64,000 nucleotides of DNA from the human T2T-CHM13v2.0 reference genome, Homo sapiens: NCBI RefSeq assembly GCF_009914755.1, contig NC_060930.1, one strand, 5' to 3'. Shown here in pieces: positions 33,165 through 47,200 of the stretch. The translations under genes and the position numbers were made by a program. The notes under the pieces are model-generated. The model was not told where the DNA came from. It worked only from the letters and a program-made list of their open reading frames with translations, and made no database searches. How positions within the stretch are numbered: position 1 is the first letter of the stretch; the number at the start of each line of letters is the position of its first letter.

Positions 33165-34094
33165 CAACGGTTACAAAGCTTCTTCTTTTTGACCTAAAAG
33201 ACTAGTCCTGAATTCTCCCCCTTTCCCTCCACCCCCACCTCCGATTTTTTTTTGATTATGGTGAATTACACACTTTCACATTTACTATTTATAATATAAA
33301 AACTCGATGTCCTAATTTAAGTTGAGGAACATTTGATAAATAATCGGTTTGTACTTTTTTGTATAATAAACTATATTTCCCAGTAGTTACTTATACAAAG
33401 AGGCATAGAATTAATTTGGGAAAGGTAATTTGTTAAGATTTATGCATCTATGAATCTATGAACTAATTTTTAAACCTATTTCTAGTATTTAGATGTTCTT
33501 CCCATTGTTTTATACTTTAAAAAATACTGATTAGTTTTCAAATTTATAGATATAAATGTTTTAATGTTATATAATGTTTATATAACATTATATATAATGT
33601 TATATAATGTTTATAAGATATAAACATTTTAATGTTTAGTTGTAACCAACTAGTAGCTTCAATGATAACTCAATTCGAAGGAATTCTATAAAAAGTAGAA
33701 CATTATGCTTCCCATAACAAAAATAATAAATAACTGGCTAATGACTTAACCTGACTGTAGCGTAGTCTTTGGTGCTCTAATTAGAAGAGAAGCTCTTTTC
33801 TTTCTAGAAATACTTGCCGACCTCCTTGTGGAAAACCCTCCCTTTCCGCTGTCTGCATTCGGATGAGAACCAGATCACCAGGGAGATGCAGACCAGGGGG
33901 ACACTTCCTCCTGTTAACACTAGCGGAGCTGGTGGAACCCAGCCGACCATGCAGGAGGGAGGAGCTGGCAACGCCCTGAACGGTGGGAGGGGAAAGCATG
34001 CGGGGTGTCAGCGTCTCTAGGGTTTGGATAAGCCGATTTCAAGTCCAGGACAGGAGAGAAAACAAAAGAGTTCTGTTCAAATAATAATAATAAT

Positions 34095-34167
34095 AAATCT
34101 TACTGAGTTTCAAACCAAGGGTCTTTACTGTATTGGGCAAATGTGATAACCACAATACCAGTAAAAC
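34095..34167 (-). pseudogene. Eroded tRNA-Val(AAC) pseudogene (anticodon position now reads AAT)
   Basis: Reverse complement GTTTTACTGGTATTGTGGTTATCACATTTGCCCAATACAGTAAAGACCCTTGGTTTGAAACTCAGTAAGATTT aligns without gaps to the Val-AAC gene at 33092, with many CpG-type transitions. Confidence 0.82.
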
Positions 34168-35187
34168 TTGCCTTTGGTCCCATGTCTCTTCTACAGGAAA
34201 AAAAAAATACAGTTTTTCCAGATGCCCCAGGTTCTATAATCTCAAAGCTGCCCTTTCTTCCCAGAAACTCTCACAGTGGTGGTACGTTTCTTGCCCTTGT
34301 ACTTTTAGTGTACTAAAACCAACAGCCAAACTTTATCATTTTAGCAATCCAAGTATTCACCCATGAGCCCCAATTTCTTTGCAAATGCCAGGCAAGAAAA
34401 CCTCAAGTAGATAGAGAAGTAGAGAGCAGATGATTTGATTTTTTTAAAAAAATTCTACCATAGTGTCCTTATCTTATCCATGCAACTTGTTCTGATCTTC
34501 ATCTTTCTAGTGCCAGAAAATGACCCTTTTAGGAACCCGGACCTGTAAGACTGAGCTCTTGGGACTATTAGCATTTGTTACAGAGCAGGTAAGCTTCAGG
34601 ATGAGATATACTGGGGAACAGGTACAAGGTTACAAGATTGGATTCTATGTCACAAATAATTATTTCTCTGGAATGTGACAGTTCAATGCTATTTGATTTA
34701 GAAAAGGAGGATAAAACGCTCGTGTATTTTTTTCTTTTCTTTGTTCTTCTCTCCCTTTTCACTGTCTTCCTCTATCTACTTTCACTGCACACCTAGAAGC
34801 AAGCTGCCTTCTTCCAGATTCCTCCTTATAACTTCACTTTGCATATAAACACCACACACTCTCTGTGCTTAGAGGTGGTGGTTGGGCTGCCAGACCAGTC
34901 TGGAGAAAGTCTGTGCTTACTTTTTCCTCTACTTAGTATTCTTTCTTCCATGGGTGCCAGGAACAGAGAGCCCCTTCTCACCTTGAGATCATGTGAGCTG
35001 GTAGTAGCTGGATCATGAATAATTGGAATGCTGTGGGTAACAACTGAAAGAAAGACTGTAATTCCCAATTAACAAATTAGACTGTATTTCCCAATTAACA
35101 AATCAAGACCAGATTAGCAGCAACAATGATCATTAAAAATATTGTTAAAGAAAAAAAGAAAGAAAAAAGATAAAAAATATTGTTAAA

Positions 35188-35543
35188 CTGGACATAGTGG
35201 TGTACCTGTAGTTCTAGTTACTCTGGAGACGAAGTAAATCAGGAAGATCACTTGAGCCCAGGAGTTTGAGGTTGCATGTGCAATGATTGTGTCTGTGAAA
35301 AGCCACTGCCCTCCAGCCTGGGCAATATAGGGAGACTCCATCTCTAATTTAAAAAAAATTGTTGTAAACACATTTATTTCATATTAATTAAAATAAATTA
35401 TTGGCTGGGCACAGTGGCTCATGCCTGTAATTCTAGCACTTTGGGAGGCTTAGGCGGGATGATCACTTGAGCCATGAGTTCGAGACAGCCTGGGCAACAT
35501 TGCGAGATCCCCATTTCAAATTTTTTTAAAAAGAAAAATAAAT
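35188..35543 (+). mobile_element. FRAM/FLAM monomers (35188-35358; 35403-35543)
   Basis: Monomeric Alu-family matches. Confidence 0.8.
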
Positions 35544-36999
35544 TATTGAGCTACAAACAATGTGCCAGACAATTGTGACCCTATGTTGTCACTAGGAGTA
35601 CCAGAGGCATGCAGGACAAGATTACACAATCCTAACTCTCAAGGAGAAGAAAGAGGAACATGAGCAGCCAATATGCCATAAGCAAAAAGTGGAGCAACAG
35701 ACGTACAGATTGCGAAGCATTTGGATGGTAGTATAGAGAGGAGGCATCTTCTTAGTCCTTATGAACTGGCAGGGCAGATCTGGCAGGGATCTTTGGAGCC
35801 AAAATATCTGAGTACAATTCCTTCCTCTGCCACTTTCTCATCATATGTAGGGTTTCAGGCAAGCTATTTGGCTTCTTCATGACTCTGTCTGTGCTGGTAA
35901 AATGGATATGGATACAGTGTGTACCTCATAGAATTATCATAAACTCAATTAAGAAAAACTCCCTGAAGTGTTTCAGACAGTGCTCAACTTACAGAAGTAG
36001 TTACTGCTTTTATTTTTAGTATTACTTTTAGCCTTGTCAAGCCTCCTGAGTCAAGATCTATCCCTGTCATTTCGGGTTTACATTTGAGCAAGTTAAGGCT
36101 TGAACAATGTGCTGAGGTTATGCTAGCTAGGAAAGGACACCACCAGGTGTGTTTGTCTCCAGAACTGGTGTTCTTGACCACCATGCTATACTAGGTAGTT
36201 TTATAAACCCCTGTTTATGACAAAAAAAGATTATAGAGAATATTATGGACCTCCTTATTTCCATGATCCTACTTCAACAATTAGTCTCTCCTCCCTCTGC
36301 CAAGCCCCCATGATAATTTAAAGCAAATTTAGACATTTTCATCTAGCAACAGCTTTTTGTGGCATTTTCATAGCATATGCTTCCATTTAACTTTGTAGTT
36401 AATGAGGAAATTTGTTGAGCTGTTCTCCCCTGGGCGGGAGAGATGCCATGCAGGGAGTCCTAAGCTTCCCATTGTCCCTCAGATCAGTAAAGAAGACCAG
36501 CCCTAAGCTGCTGACCACAGGTTCATGGGACTCTTCTGAGGGAATGTGAGGCCCAGAACTTACGCTAGTGATTCTCCAGGTGGACTATTCCTAAGATTCC
36601 TTGCCATACCCCCTTCTAGTGCAGAGGGTCTCTGGTATGGCCCACAAGTCTTAATTTTTAGAAGCTTCCAGGTGATTCAGAAGCTGAGGACCTTTGGGAA
36701 GATTTTGACAATCCTTTCATTAATGACAAATTTGTTTCATCTTAAAAAACAAAACTTCATCCTTGTATGTGTGGAGGAGGACACTATAGTGAAATTAAAG
36801 AAAAAAAAAGTCAAATTATCTGCTCCCTCCATCTACCTGAGGTTTTCTTGCTTGGCATTTGCAAAGAAATTGGGCGCATGGGTGAATACTTTGATTGCTA
36901 TAAAGAGTAGAGTTTGGCCGTTGATTTTAGTACACTAAAAGTGCAAGGGCAAGAAACATACCAGCACCTTGACAGTTTCTGGGAAGAAACTTAACGGCA

Positions 37000-37420
37000 C
37001 CTTCTGGACCCAATCTGCGTGGCGCAGTGGCCTAAAGAGGCGACCGAACCTGCATCCCTAGCTCCGCCTTCCCGGTCCCTGCACACCCCGGCAGCTTCCG
37101 CGCGATTCTTCCCGCCCCCGACACCCGCCGCCACACAAAGGCGCTGCGTCCTGGCGGCCAGCGGGGGCTTAGTCTAGGCCCGGCAGGGTTTTCTGGAAGA
37201 CCAGAGGGCCACCAGGTCACCGAGGTGGGAAGTGAAGAGAGGTTCGACGCTGCCTCAGGCCTGGGCCTGGCCGGTGGGAGACACAGCAAGGACTCTGGGA
37301 GCCTGCAGAGCAGAGGCCGCCGCGGGGCCGGGCCCCCGTCTCCTCCTCAGGTCCAAGACCAGAGGGTCTGCAGGGCCCCAGAGCAGCTGGCCGCGCTCCG
37401 CTTCCCACCGCGCTCTCTGC
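37000..37420. promoter_or_regulatory. Non-repeat GC/CpG-rich islet, candidate promoter or enhancer
   Basis: Dense CpGs (CCGCGCGATTCTTCCCGCCCCCGAC, GGCCGCCGCGGGGCCGGGCCCCCG), GC box, A-box-like TGGCGCAGTGG and B-box-like GGTTCGACGC. Confidence 0.45.
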
Positions 37421-37547
37421 TGGAACTCATGTGGTTGTTTATCCTTATTTTGCTAAATTTCTTTATTTGCTGTAACAGTTTGTGTGTGTGTGTGTTTGAG
37501 TGTGTGTGTGTAATTTTCAGGGTTTTCTATATATAAAAATCATGTCA

Positions 37548-37851
<304 letters not shown>

Positions 37852-38069
37852 GTCATGTTATCTGTGAACATAGATAATTTTACTTTTTCCTTGCCAATAC
37901 TGTGCTGAATAACATGGTGAAAGTGGGCACCCATTATTCCTGATTGTAGGAGAAAAATTTTCAGTCTTTCGCTGTTGAGAATGATATTAGTTGTATGTTT
38001 TTCATAATTGGGCATTATCAAGTTGAGGAAGTTTCCTTCTATTCCTGGTTTACATTGTGTGTGTGTGTG

Positions 38070-38486
38070 TGTTTTGTTTGTTTGTTTTGACAGAGTCTTG
38101 CTCTGTCACCCAAGCTGGAGTGCAGTGGCCGCGATCTCGGCTCACTACAGCTTAGACCTCCAGGGCTCAAGCAATCCTTCGACTTCAGCCTGCCAAGTAG
38201 CTAGGACCATAGGCGTACAGCACCACATTTAGAAGTCCCTGAGAAAATTATCTTGGAGGAAAACTCGCAAGTCCGACTATTGGTTTTCCAAGGAAGCCAG
38301 TCTCGCCTGTGAGGAGGGATCCTGCTCGCCCTGGGAGCCTACTCAGACACCATGGGGAATGGGGGGTGGGGCTCAGAGCGCGCAGGCTTGGTTTTTTTCC
38401 CCCTCCGAACTCCTGAGTTCCAGTGATCTGCCTGACTCAGCCTCCCACAGTGCTGGGATTACAAGTGTGAGCCACTGCGCCTGGCC
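38070..38486 (-). mobile_element. Alu (J-like) whose middle is replaced by ~175 bp of non-Alu DNA
   Basis: Alu right arm to 38227 and left arm from about 38404. Confidence 0.82.
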
Positions 38487-38540
38487 TATTACTTGTTTTA
38501 ATAATAACAAAAAACAGCAAAATCTTGCAGAAGGTTGGAA

Positions 38541-39541
38541 GGTAACCAAGCAGCTTAGCTTCAAACCACGTTTTAAAAACTTTGTTTCTTTTCTTCTTTC
38601 TCCCCAGTTTCTAGACATAGCTTTGAGACAAACTGCAGATGTGCTTTCTTTTGTCGTCAATTACTGCCTTGGAATGGGCATTAAAACTGCCTTCCCTTTC
38701 GCATCTTATGCCCCCATGCCTTATGCTCATTTATTTACCTGGATGCTTGTTAAGCTCATACCATGCCCACTTATCTGGTCATATATTTCCTTAGAAGCTT
38801 CAGGGGCTGAATCCTGATGCAGACCAGACATCTCCAGAATTCTCTCTCCAGTAGGAGATTAATTCAAGGACAATATTCACTCTTGGCTAGAGATTATCTG
38901 CAAGATTGACTGTCATTAATTTGTAACTTGATTGGGCCTACAATGTCACTGGCCCCTTCACCAGGTGAAACAATAATTCAAGATAAGCCATCAGAATGAG
39001 ACACCCACTGGGCACCTCCTGCCTCTTGCCCCTCTGCATTACAAGCTCCTCTCCTTGAAATGCTTGGCCTCTCTCCAGAAATTGGAGAGTGGCAAATTTT
39101 GGCCAGCCACTCTCCCCATTGCTAGCATGGATAATAAAACTTACTCTATTTTTAATTACACCTCATTCCTTTTTTTTTCTTTTCTTTTTTTTTTTTTTTG
39201 AGATGGAGTCTCACTCTGTTGCCCAGGCTGGAGTGCAGTGGCACGATCTCAGCTCACTGCAGCCCTGCCTCCTGGGTTCAAGCGATTCTTCTGCCTGAGC
39301 CTCCTGAGTAGCTGGGAGTACAGGCGCACGCCAGCACACCCAGCTAATTTTTGTATTTTTAGTAGAGACGGGGTTTCACCATATAGGCGAGGCTGGTCTC
39401 AAACTCCTGACCTCGTGATCCGTCCGCCTCGGCCTCCCAAAGTCCTGGGATTACAGGCATGAGCCACCACGCCCGGCCTCATTCTTGTTCTTTTGGCTTT
39501 TTTCTACAAGTGACAATCAGCCAGACCCTCTTTCAGCTACA
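38541..39541 (+). mobile_element. ERV1 MER4-group solo LTR (MER72-like), interrupted by an Alu
   Basis: GTAACCAAGCAGCTTAGCTTCAAA start, AATAAA at about 39133, resumes after the Alu and ends CAGCTACA. Confidence 0.6.
39170..39478 (-). mobile_element. Alu
   Basis: Antisense Alu within an LTR. Confidence 0.92.
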
Positions 39542-39994
39542 GGAAGAGTTTGATAAAGAGAATGCCTGAGCTCAATCTTGTGTGTTTTAAGGAAACAGAA
39601 AAAAAGGGAAAAGAAAAAGTCTTTTCCTGCCTTGTACCTCTGTCTAACTAAAAAGAGAGGCAGCTTCCTCACAGAAAAATATCACTGATCTTAAAACTGA
39701 ATTCAAAGAACTGAAGAAGGAAGTTTCTAGTGTTTCACTTCTGTGGATTTGGCCCAGAAAAATCCACAGAGAAGGTGTTAAAGTCAGGTAATTTATCCTG
39801 CATCCCTTAGAAAGCCCTAGAGCCAATCAAAACTCTCCCCAAAGGGCTGAAATCAGGCTCTGAGGGTTGTGGGAGTGACAGAGCCATGTAAGCTCTCTGG
39901 ATTCACAGGTTTAGGTCACTGCTGATGGATTCAATTACTATGGGAGGACATTTCATGCTGTCTAATTTTCATTCAATTGGATGATTCTCCCAAA

Positions 39995-41355
39995 TCCTTC
40001 GTTCTTTACCATAAGTTTACTCATTATTTTAGCTTTACCTCAAGGCACTTTCCCCTGGGAATTTTTCTGAGACCAGTGTGAGTTAGGTGTACTTCCTGTG
40101 TTTTGATTTGTCATACTAAAAATCTTACAAGTATGAATTTCTACATGAAATAAAGGTAAGATCTTAATCTTAACAATCTAGGTCTTAGATTTCACGGTAT
40201 GGGCATTAAACAAGTGTTTATTTCTGTATAGCCTTTTTGATGAGTACCCAGCAATCCCACTTCTACGAATGTCTATCAGTGAAATTCCAGCTTAGCTCTG
40301 TAGTGGCTTCATAGAATCCAGTCATTGCAGCAATTTCAGGCAGCAGAGAGTTGGGGCAACCTGCATGTCCATCACCAGAATGAGTAAGTACTGCAGTGAA
40401 TACAAGTTTGTGTGAAGTTTCATGCTCTGCAGGAGTCACAACTAATGAAGCAGAGGTACATGTATACCAAAAACAGGTGGATTTTTCAGTGCAAAGTAAA
40501 ATCTAAGAAACAAAATGTATATCAGGATGTATAGTACAATACCAAAATTAAAATTACAGAGTTACACAAAATACAGTGGGTGAGGCAGTAGCTGAATGAC
40601 TAATGCCAGAGGGAATGGTGGCAAATTGTGTGAAGAGGGGAAGAAACTAAGTTAAATTATCTGATTGGCACACTTGCCACCTCTTGGAAGACACCTGATT
40701 ACACTCAGTCCCCTGCCCTCTTGCTGGCCAGGAAGATAATTGGTCACAGGTGGCCCCCTGACCCCACCTCACTCCACAGTTTCTTATGGCAAAGCGTTTC
40801 CTTGACAGAAAATGCTAAATGTCGCCAAAGCCCCTCCCTTGGGGTCCTGGTTTCTAAAAAGTCTTTTTTTCTGTAATCAAGAGGTTAATGTTTGGGTGTG
40901 TTGGAAGGATACAGAAAAAGGCATAGCACAGTATGGACAATGGTCTTGAAATAAAATTCCTCCTTATTCTGCCTGAAATTTCCTGACATGATGACATGGT
41001 ATTTATGAGGATGTGGGTCACTGGGCGAAAGCCTTCCTTGGTCTTGAATCATGGATTTTGGGTATTGTTGGTTTTGGTGAATGGAATATATAAGGAAAGA
41101 AAAAAAGGGCCACAAATATGAAAATGCTCTAAAAGAAACAATAATTTCACAATACTGAACGTGAGCCATTCAGGAAATGTCCATTTTAAATTTTAAAGAT
41201 AGCTCCTGGGTGAACGGTGGTTTTTGTAATGCAGTGGTTGTCACGTGTGCCACCCACGCGAAATGGAAACTGGGCAGAAATATCTCCTTATGGGTCTCTC
41301 TCTCTCCCTCTCTCGCTCTCTACTTCAGCTTGGGTAATTTGTTTCACTAAACTCA
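39995..41355 (+). repeat. Ancient ~1.2-kb duplicated tRNA-Val cassette, copy 2
   Basis: Collinear with 22360-23585. Confidence 0.9.
41220..41282 (+). pseudogene. Eroded tRNA-Val pseudogene with ~10-nt internal deletion
   Basis: GTTTTTGTAATGCAGTGGTTGTCACGTGTGCCACCCACGCGAAA-TGGAAACTGGGCAGAAATA; occupies the same position in a duplicated cassette as the 23450 relic. Confidence 0.78.
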
Positions 41356-41379
41356 ACTCAAGCTCTCTTAAACCCAGGT

Positions 41380-42015
<636 letters not shown>

Positions 42016-42016
42016 G

Positions 42017-42610
42017 GTGACGACAATGGCTGGGGTCTTGACTTGCCAAGGTAACTCGTTGGGGAGCAGAGAGTGGGATCCGCAGTGTTCTGGTGGCTGT
42101 TGGGATCTGGGCGCGAGGAAGGAGAGTGGCTCTCATGATTCTCTGCATTCTCAGTGCAGCGTGGCCCGTACTGGTCACCTGGGTATAGCTTTACTGAATT
42201 TCGCAGATCTGGAAACGGAGAAGGGACTGGATCTCCAAACTTGGACTGCCTTGGACTGACCCTGGCCTGGAAGGTGTGGGCTCAGGACTCCGAGCTCAAG
42301 TCAGTCTGTTCCCCCAACCCCTAACCCACTGCATCCGGGTGAGGAGTTGGGCCCGAGCGCCACAGCGCAGATAGGGTTGTTAGGAGCGAAAGACTGGAGA
42401 CCCAGGGACTGTGGGGCTGGGCTGGTGGGGCCACTGCTACCGACTAAGCAGTACGGGCCGCCTGGAAGACCGAAGGCGGAGTTCGCTGATGCGGAAGCCA
42501 AGGCACAGGGCAATAAGGATCCGCGCCATTTCTTGTGATGTCACCTGAAGCCTTGGCGGGTAGCTGCCTCTCATCCATTCGGAGGACAGGGCTCCAGCCA
42601 CCGGCAGCTC
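42017..42610. promoter_or_regulatory. Non-repeat GC/CpG-rich islet, candidate promoter
   Basis: CpG-enriched, with a YY1-like CGCCATT near 42524 and ETS-like GCGGAAG. Confidence 0.35.
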
Positions 42611-43308
42611 TGAAAGAGTTTGAAGAATTTATTGTTCACAGATGGTATTTAAATGGACTTATTTCTAAAAGTCACATTCCTTTATTACTTATTTGTTATT
42701 AGAAGTACCCATTTTCATATGTGTTTAAAACTATTTGTGTCTCAAATTCTCAGGAGATTGATGCATCCCAGTTTACTCTTTTTGGCATATGTTTTTACTC
42801 ATAAATTAGGTTAAATTTCATACTTGTTTTATAAAATTTAGTTATTTGGTTACATTAAAATATTTGTATCCAGATAAGAAGTCTCTTCCTTCTCCTATGC
42901 TTTTTTTGGAATTTAGAGCATATCTGAAATAAAATTAATTTACTTTTTATTACTAATTGGTTATATGCCATCAATTCATATTATTTCAACTATCCATTAC
43001 TGTAAGCCAATTAGATTATACCTTTTTTCTTTAGTGTTTTTTCATTTATTAGTATTGATTTGTGCTGTTCTGTTGTGTTTTTTAGTTAAAGAAAAAATTA
43101 TTCATGACACTAGCTAAACATGGTAAGGCAGATTTTATTCAAGGGGACTACTATAATGGAGTTTTGCAGTAGGGGAGATTGGGCTCAACTCCAAATACAA
43201 AAGAACAAGTGGAGCTTTACAGCAAAGGATCAGCGCGGGGGTTAATGGCTGAAAAATTACTAAGAAGTAGGGTAGTTCTTTGCTAAACTGATGTAACAGT
43301 ATATATAT

Positions 43309-43357
<49 letters not shown>

Positions 43358-43373
43358 AAAGACAGGCCAGGAA

Positions 43374-43678
<305 letters not shown>

Positions 43679-43680
<2 letters not shown>

Positions 43681-43690
43681 CGCACGCGCG

Positions 43691-43736
<46 letters not shown>
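43679..43736. repeat. (CG)n(CA)n alternating purine-pyrimidine microsatellite
   Basis: CACGCACGCGCGCGCGCGCGCACACACA... Confidence 0.95.
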
Positions 43737-43740
<4 letters not shown>

Positions 43741-44299
43741 ACAGACCAGGAGGCCAGGGTAATAAGATATCAAGGTGAGACATAAGGAATTTGGTAAAAT
43801 ATCGAGGGTGATCAGACCAAGGGTGGAGAATTTTCATTAAACTTAGCAGGATTCTTGCTAAAACTAGAATAAGTGAACCAAAGAAAAAACCCAAGGTCTG
43901 GGCTTTCAGTACTTATAAAGGAGGCTGACTAGAGTTGGGTCAAGAAGGTCTTTGTCACTTTAGGCAAGTAACTGAGTTTCCTTTAATGGTGGCAATCTCA
44001 ACATTCCCTTGGAAAATAAATCCACATCTGAAATGTGAGTGAATTTGGATAAATCATATTCAGAAATCAGACACCCATTGACTCGCAGCTGCTCCAGTAT
44101 GTGAGAGCTGTCAACAAGGACATGTGCAAGTGGTGTTATACCCTCCTCTTAGGCCTAATCTCCCAGTGAGGTTGGGGATGAACAGGGGCCCAGTCATCTG
44201 TTTGCAGAAATGAAACCCCAGGGTGCAGTCAGAGAGACTTTTCCTACGCTATTTCGTGGTACTTTGCGCCATTATCATTCCGTGGGTTCGGTCCTCCAG

Positions 44300-47200
44300 G
44301 CCATGCCTGAATATAAGGTTCTCACTTGCCTGGCCCTCATCTGATTAAGGACAGAAGTACAGGGTCCTTCTTTCTGATCCACTCAGGTCTTTAAAGTTCA
44401 AGCTAAAAACTCTTTCCCGGAGAATGCCTCCAAGTGCCCCCCAGCATGGGGGCAAAGAGCAGTTTAATGTACAAGGGGTGAGAAAGAGGGTGGGGAGAGG
44501 AGAAATTGCCTCCCCAATCTCTCCTTCCCCATGGAGTCCCTTCTGCGTCCTCACTCCTGGCATTGGAGACCAAGGGGACAGAAGCTGAGATAGGGCCCTG
44601 GATTGCCTTCCCTAAAAAGATGTCCTTCAAAGCTTTGCCCAGCATATCCTGTTGCCCCTGAGGTATATAACCCAGGGTGGGTTACCTTTCAGGGTCCCTT
44701 AGCTGTGGTACAAATGAGGACCATGCAGTGGAGACTCCATCCACCCTGACAGTTTTCTTGAACCTTGGGGGACTGGCTTGCTGTGCATCTTAGGCTTCTG
44801 TTGTCTCTTACTGCCTATCTGTGAACAATAAACCTGATTCATATAACTTGTGGCATGTGAATGTATTCTGTCTCATCTGACTGAGGCAAATAGTAAAACT
44901 GCAGCCCAGGATGCTGTGGGTGGAAATGTTCTGATTCCTGGTGGTTAGCATAGTAATGATTTTTGCTATTCTTCCCTCAGTGAGAGTTCTCCTTTGGGAT
45001 TGGTAATTAGTGATCCTGCTTCATAAAATTGGTATAGCAGCACAGTCTGGTCTGACAGAACCATGACTTATGGGCTAAGAGGGAGGGGCAATGTCCTTCA
45101 GTACCCAGTCCAGGGAAGAGAGGTCAGTCTGGGGGTGCAGGAGCCAGACATGCTGCAGGATGTTTTATGGGGAAGGAGGAATGATAAGTGGGACATATGT
45201 CACCTCCCCACAGATGTGAATGAGCTGGCTGCATGGATTGAGGCAGAGAGAAAGGAATGTGGAAACAGAGGAGTGTGAAACTCTGTCCCCTAGCTTTGGG
45301 ACACATATGTGATTGCTCATTCCCCAGGATGGAGATCTTGGGAAATGGACACTCAGACGCTAAGACACCCAAGAGGTTATAAGAAAAGTCTCTGAGGCAC
45401 TTAAGAAGGAATAAATGTGCATGATGCAGCCCGTCTTTACCCAGCAGTGCAAGAATGTTGGGGTAGCTCAGCAAGAAACCATCAAAATGCTCTCCTTCAC
45501 AGAAAGACAAATTAGTGATCTCAAGGACAGCTATGGGCAAAAACCAAGAGAAGACATGTTTTCTTGGCTATCTCAGGTAGTTGATGAGGAGTGACAGAAC
45601 ATTCTGCTGTCATGAAAAGAATGGCACAGCCTGGGTAGATTGGCTCACAACCCAGTGTTGCAGCAGATGTTCAGGGTGATCCAACAAGCTACAGGTGTAG
45701 ATCACCACGCCCACAAGCTGGAATCTTTACTTATTTGGTTGGTGTCTAGCATTCTAGGCTCTTTTCCCATCCAGGGTGGTTTGCCTAAGCTTCCATTGTG
45801 CCCTTGGCAGTCAGGACATGAGGCTGGCACAGCCTTGTGCAGGGTGGCCCCGGGCTCATGGCTATCCAACCTCCAGAAGGGGGAATTGGATGATACAATA
45901 CTGTTTAGATGCAATATTGATGACTTCATAGAGCAGGGCCCTTGGCCCTGGCATAATCAATTGATTTTATTTCTTCCCCTTGGAATAGCCTTTGGCAAGG
46001 CCATCGAAAAGCTGTATCGTACTCTGCTAGCCTGGCAGCAGAATGGGGGTCAAATTTGACAAATTTAATCTGACAATTAAATACAAAAGGCTAACTTGGG
46101 AGGGGGCAATCCAAGGGCTGGTAGTGGGGCAGCCTCCAAGTGCCCCCACTCCACAGACTGTGGATCTGACTGACGCAGCAGGGGGTTCCTAAATAAGAGA
46201 TTGATGGCCTCCCCCCATCTGATACATGCTATCAGAACCAATCAGAGGGAGGCCCTTGCAGTTCACAGAATCAACAGGTGCCAACCATGCAGGAGGAGTA
46301 CTGGGAAAGGGAAGTCTATAGACAAGTGGAAACATTGGCACCCCCTTTAGCCTCTCTGGGAGAGTCATCTTCCCTGGCCCTAACACAAGTTCTCTGTACC
46401 CACACCTTTTTAAACTGAAACAGGTGTGGAACCAAGGTCTCCACTGGCCTCAGCCTGGCCCTCTGACCCTGCCCTGAGACTGGAGGCATTATGTACCTGT
46501 TAGAGTGGACATGGAGGCAGATTTTAATTTACATGGAACTGCTAGACACTGAGGCCCAAGCCACTGTAGTTCCTGGCCCTGAAGAATGGCATGAATTCCA
46601 GGTGGATTCTGGAATTTTGTAGGGTGGAGAATTAAGGAAATGCTAGGTAGGGAGGTGCTTTCTCACTTATGAGTGTGGCCATTTAGCAGCTATGACAGGC
46701 TGGTGGTTGGGTTTCCATTGGCTGAGCGTATTATAGGGATTGACCTAATGCAGTGCACAACTTCATGGTGCTTACTGGGCTATGCCCCAACTAAAAGAAA
46801 CATTTTAGCCATCACAGTAAGGTAAGTCCAGAGGCAAGCACCACCATGTCACCCCAAACCTTAGAAGAGGGTACAATAAAGACAATATAATATCCCTGAG
46901 GGAAAGAAGGACATCACACTCCTCATCCAATATTCAGTTCAAGCAGAAGTGTGCGGGCAACCGGTTCCACTTTTAACAGTCTGGTTTAGCCTGTTAAGAA
47001 AGCCAGTGGAGCCTGGAGTCTGACAATTAACTATTGAGAGCTAAATGCTGTAGTAGACCTATTGACACTCGTGGCCCAGATATCACCACAGTAATTGAAC
47101 ACATCATGGAGGCTTCCAACCAATGGTATGATGCAGTTATTGATCTGGCTAATGGATTCTTCTCAATCCCTTTGAGGGATAAGGGCAGAGATCAATTTGT

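Noticed and set aside
35053-35104. 26-bp tandem duplication AGACTGTAWTTCCCAATTAACAAAT
   Set aside because: Ordinary slippage duplication with no functional context.
44230-44305. CCGTGGGTTCGGTCCTCC resembling a tRNA T arm
   Set aside because: Match is too short and the B box is imperfect; no cloverleaf.
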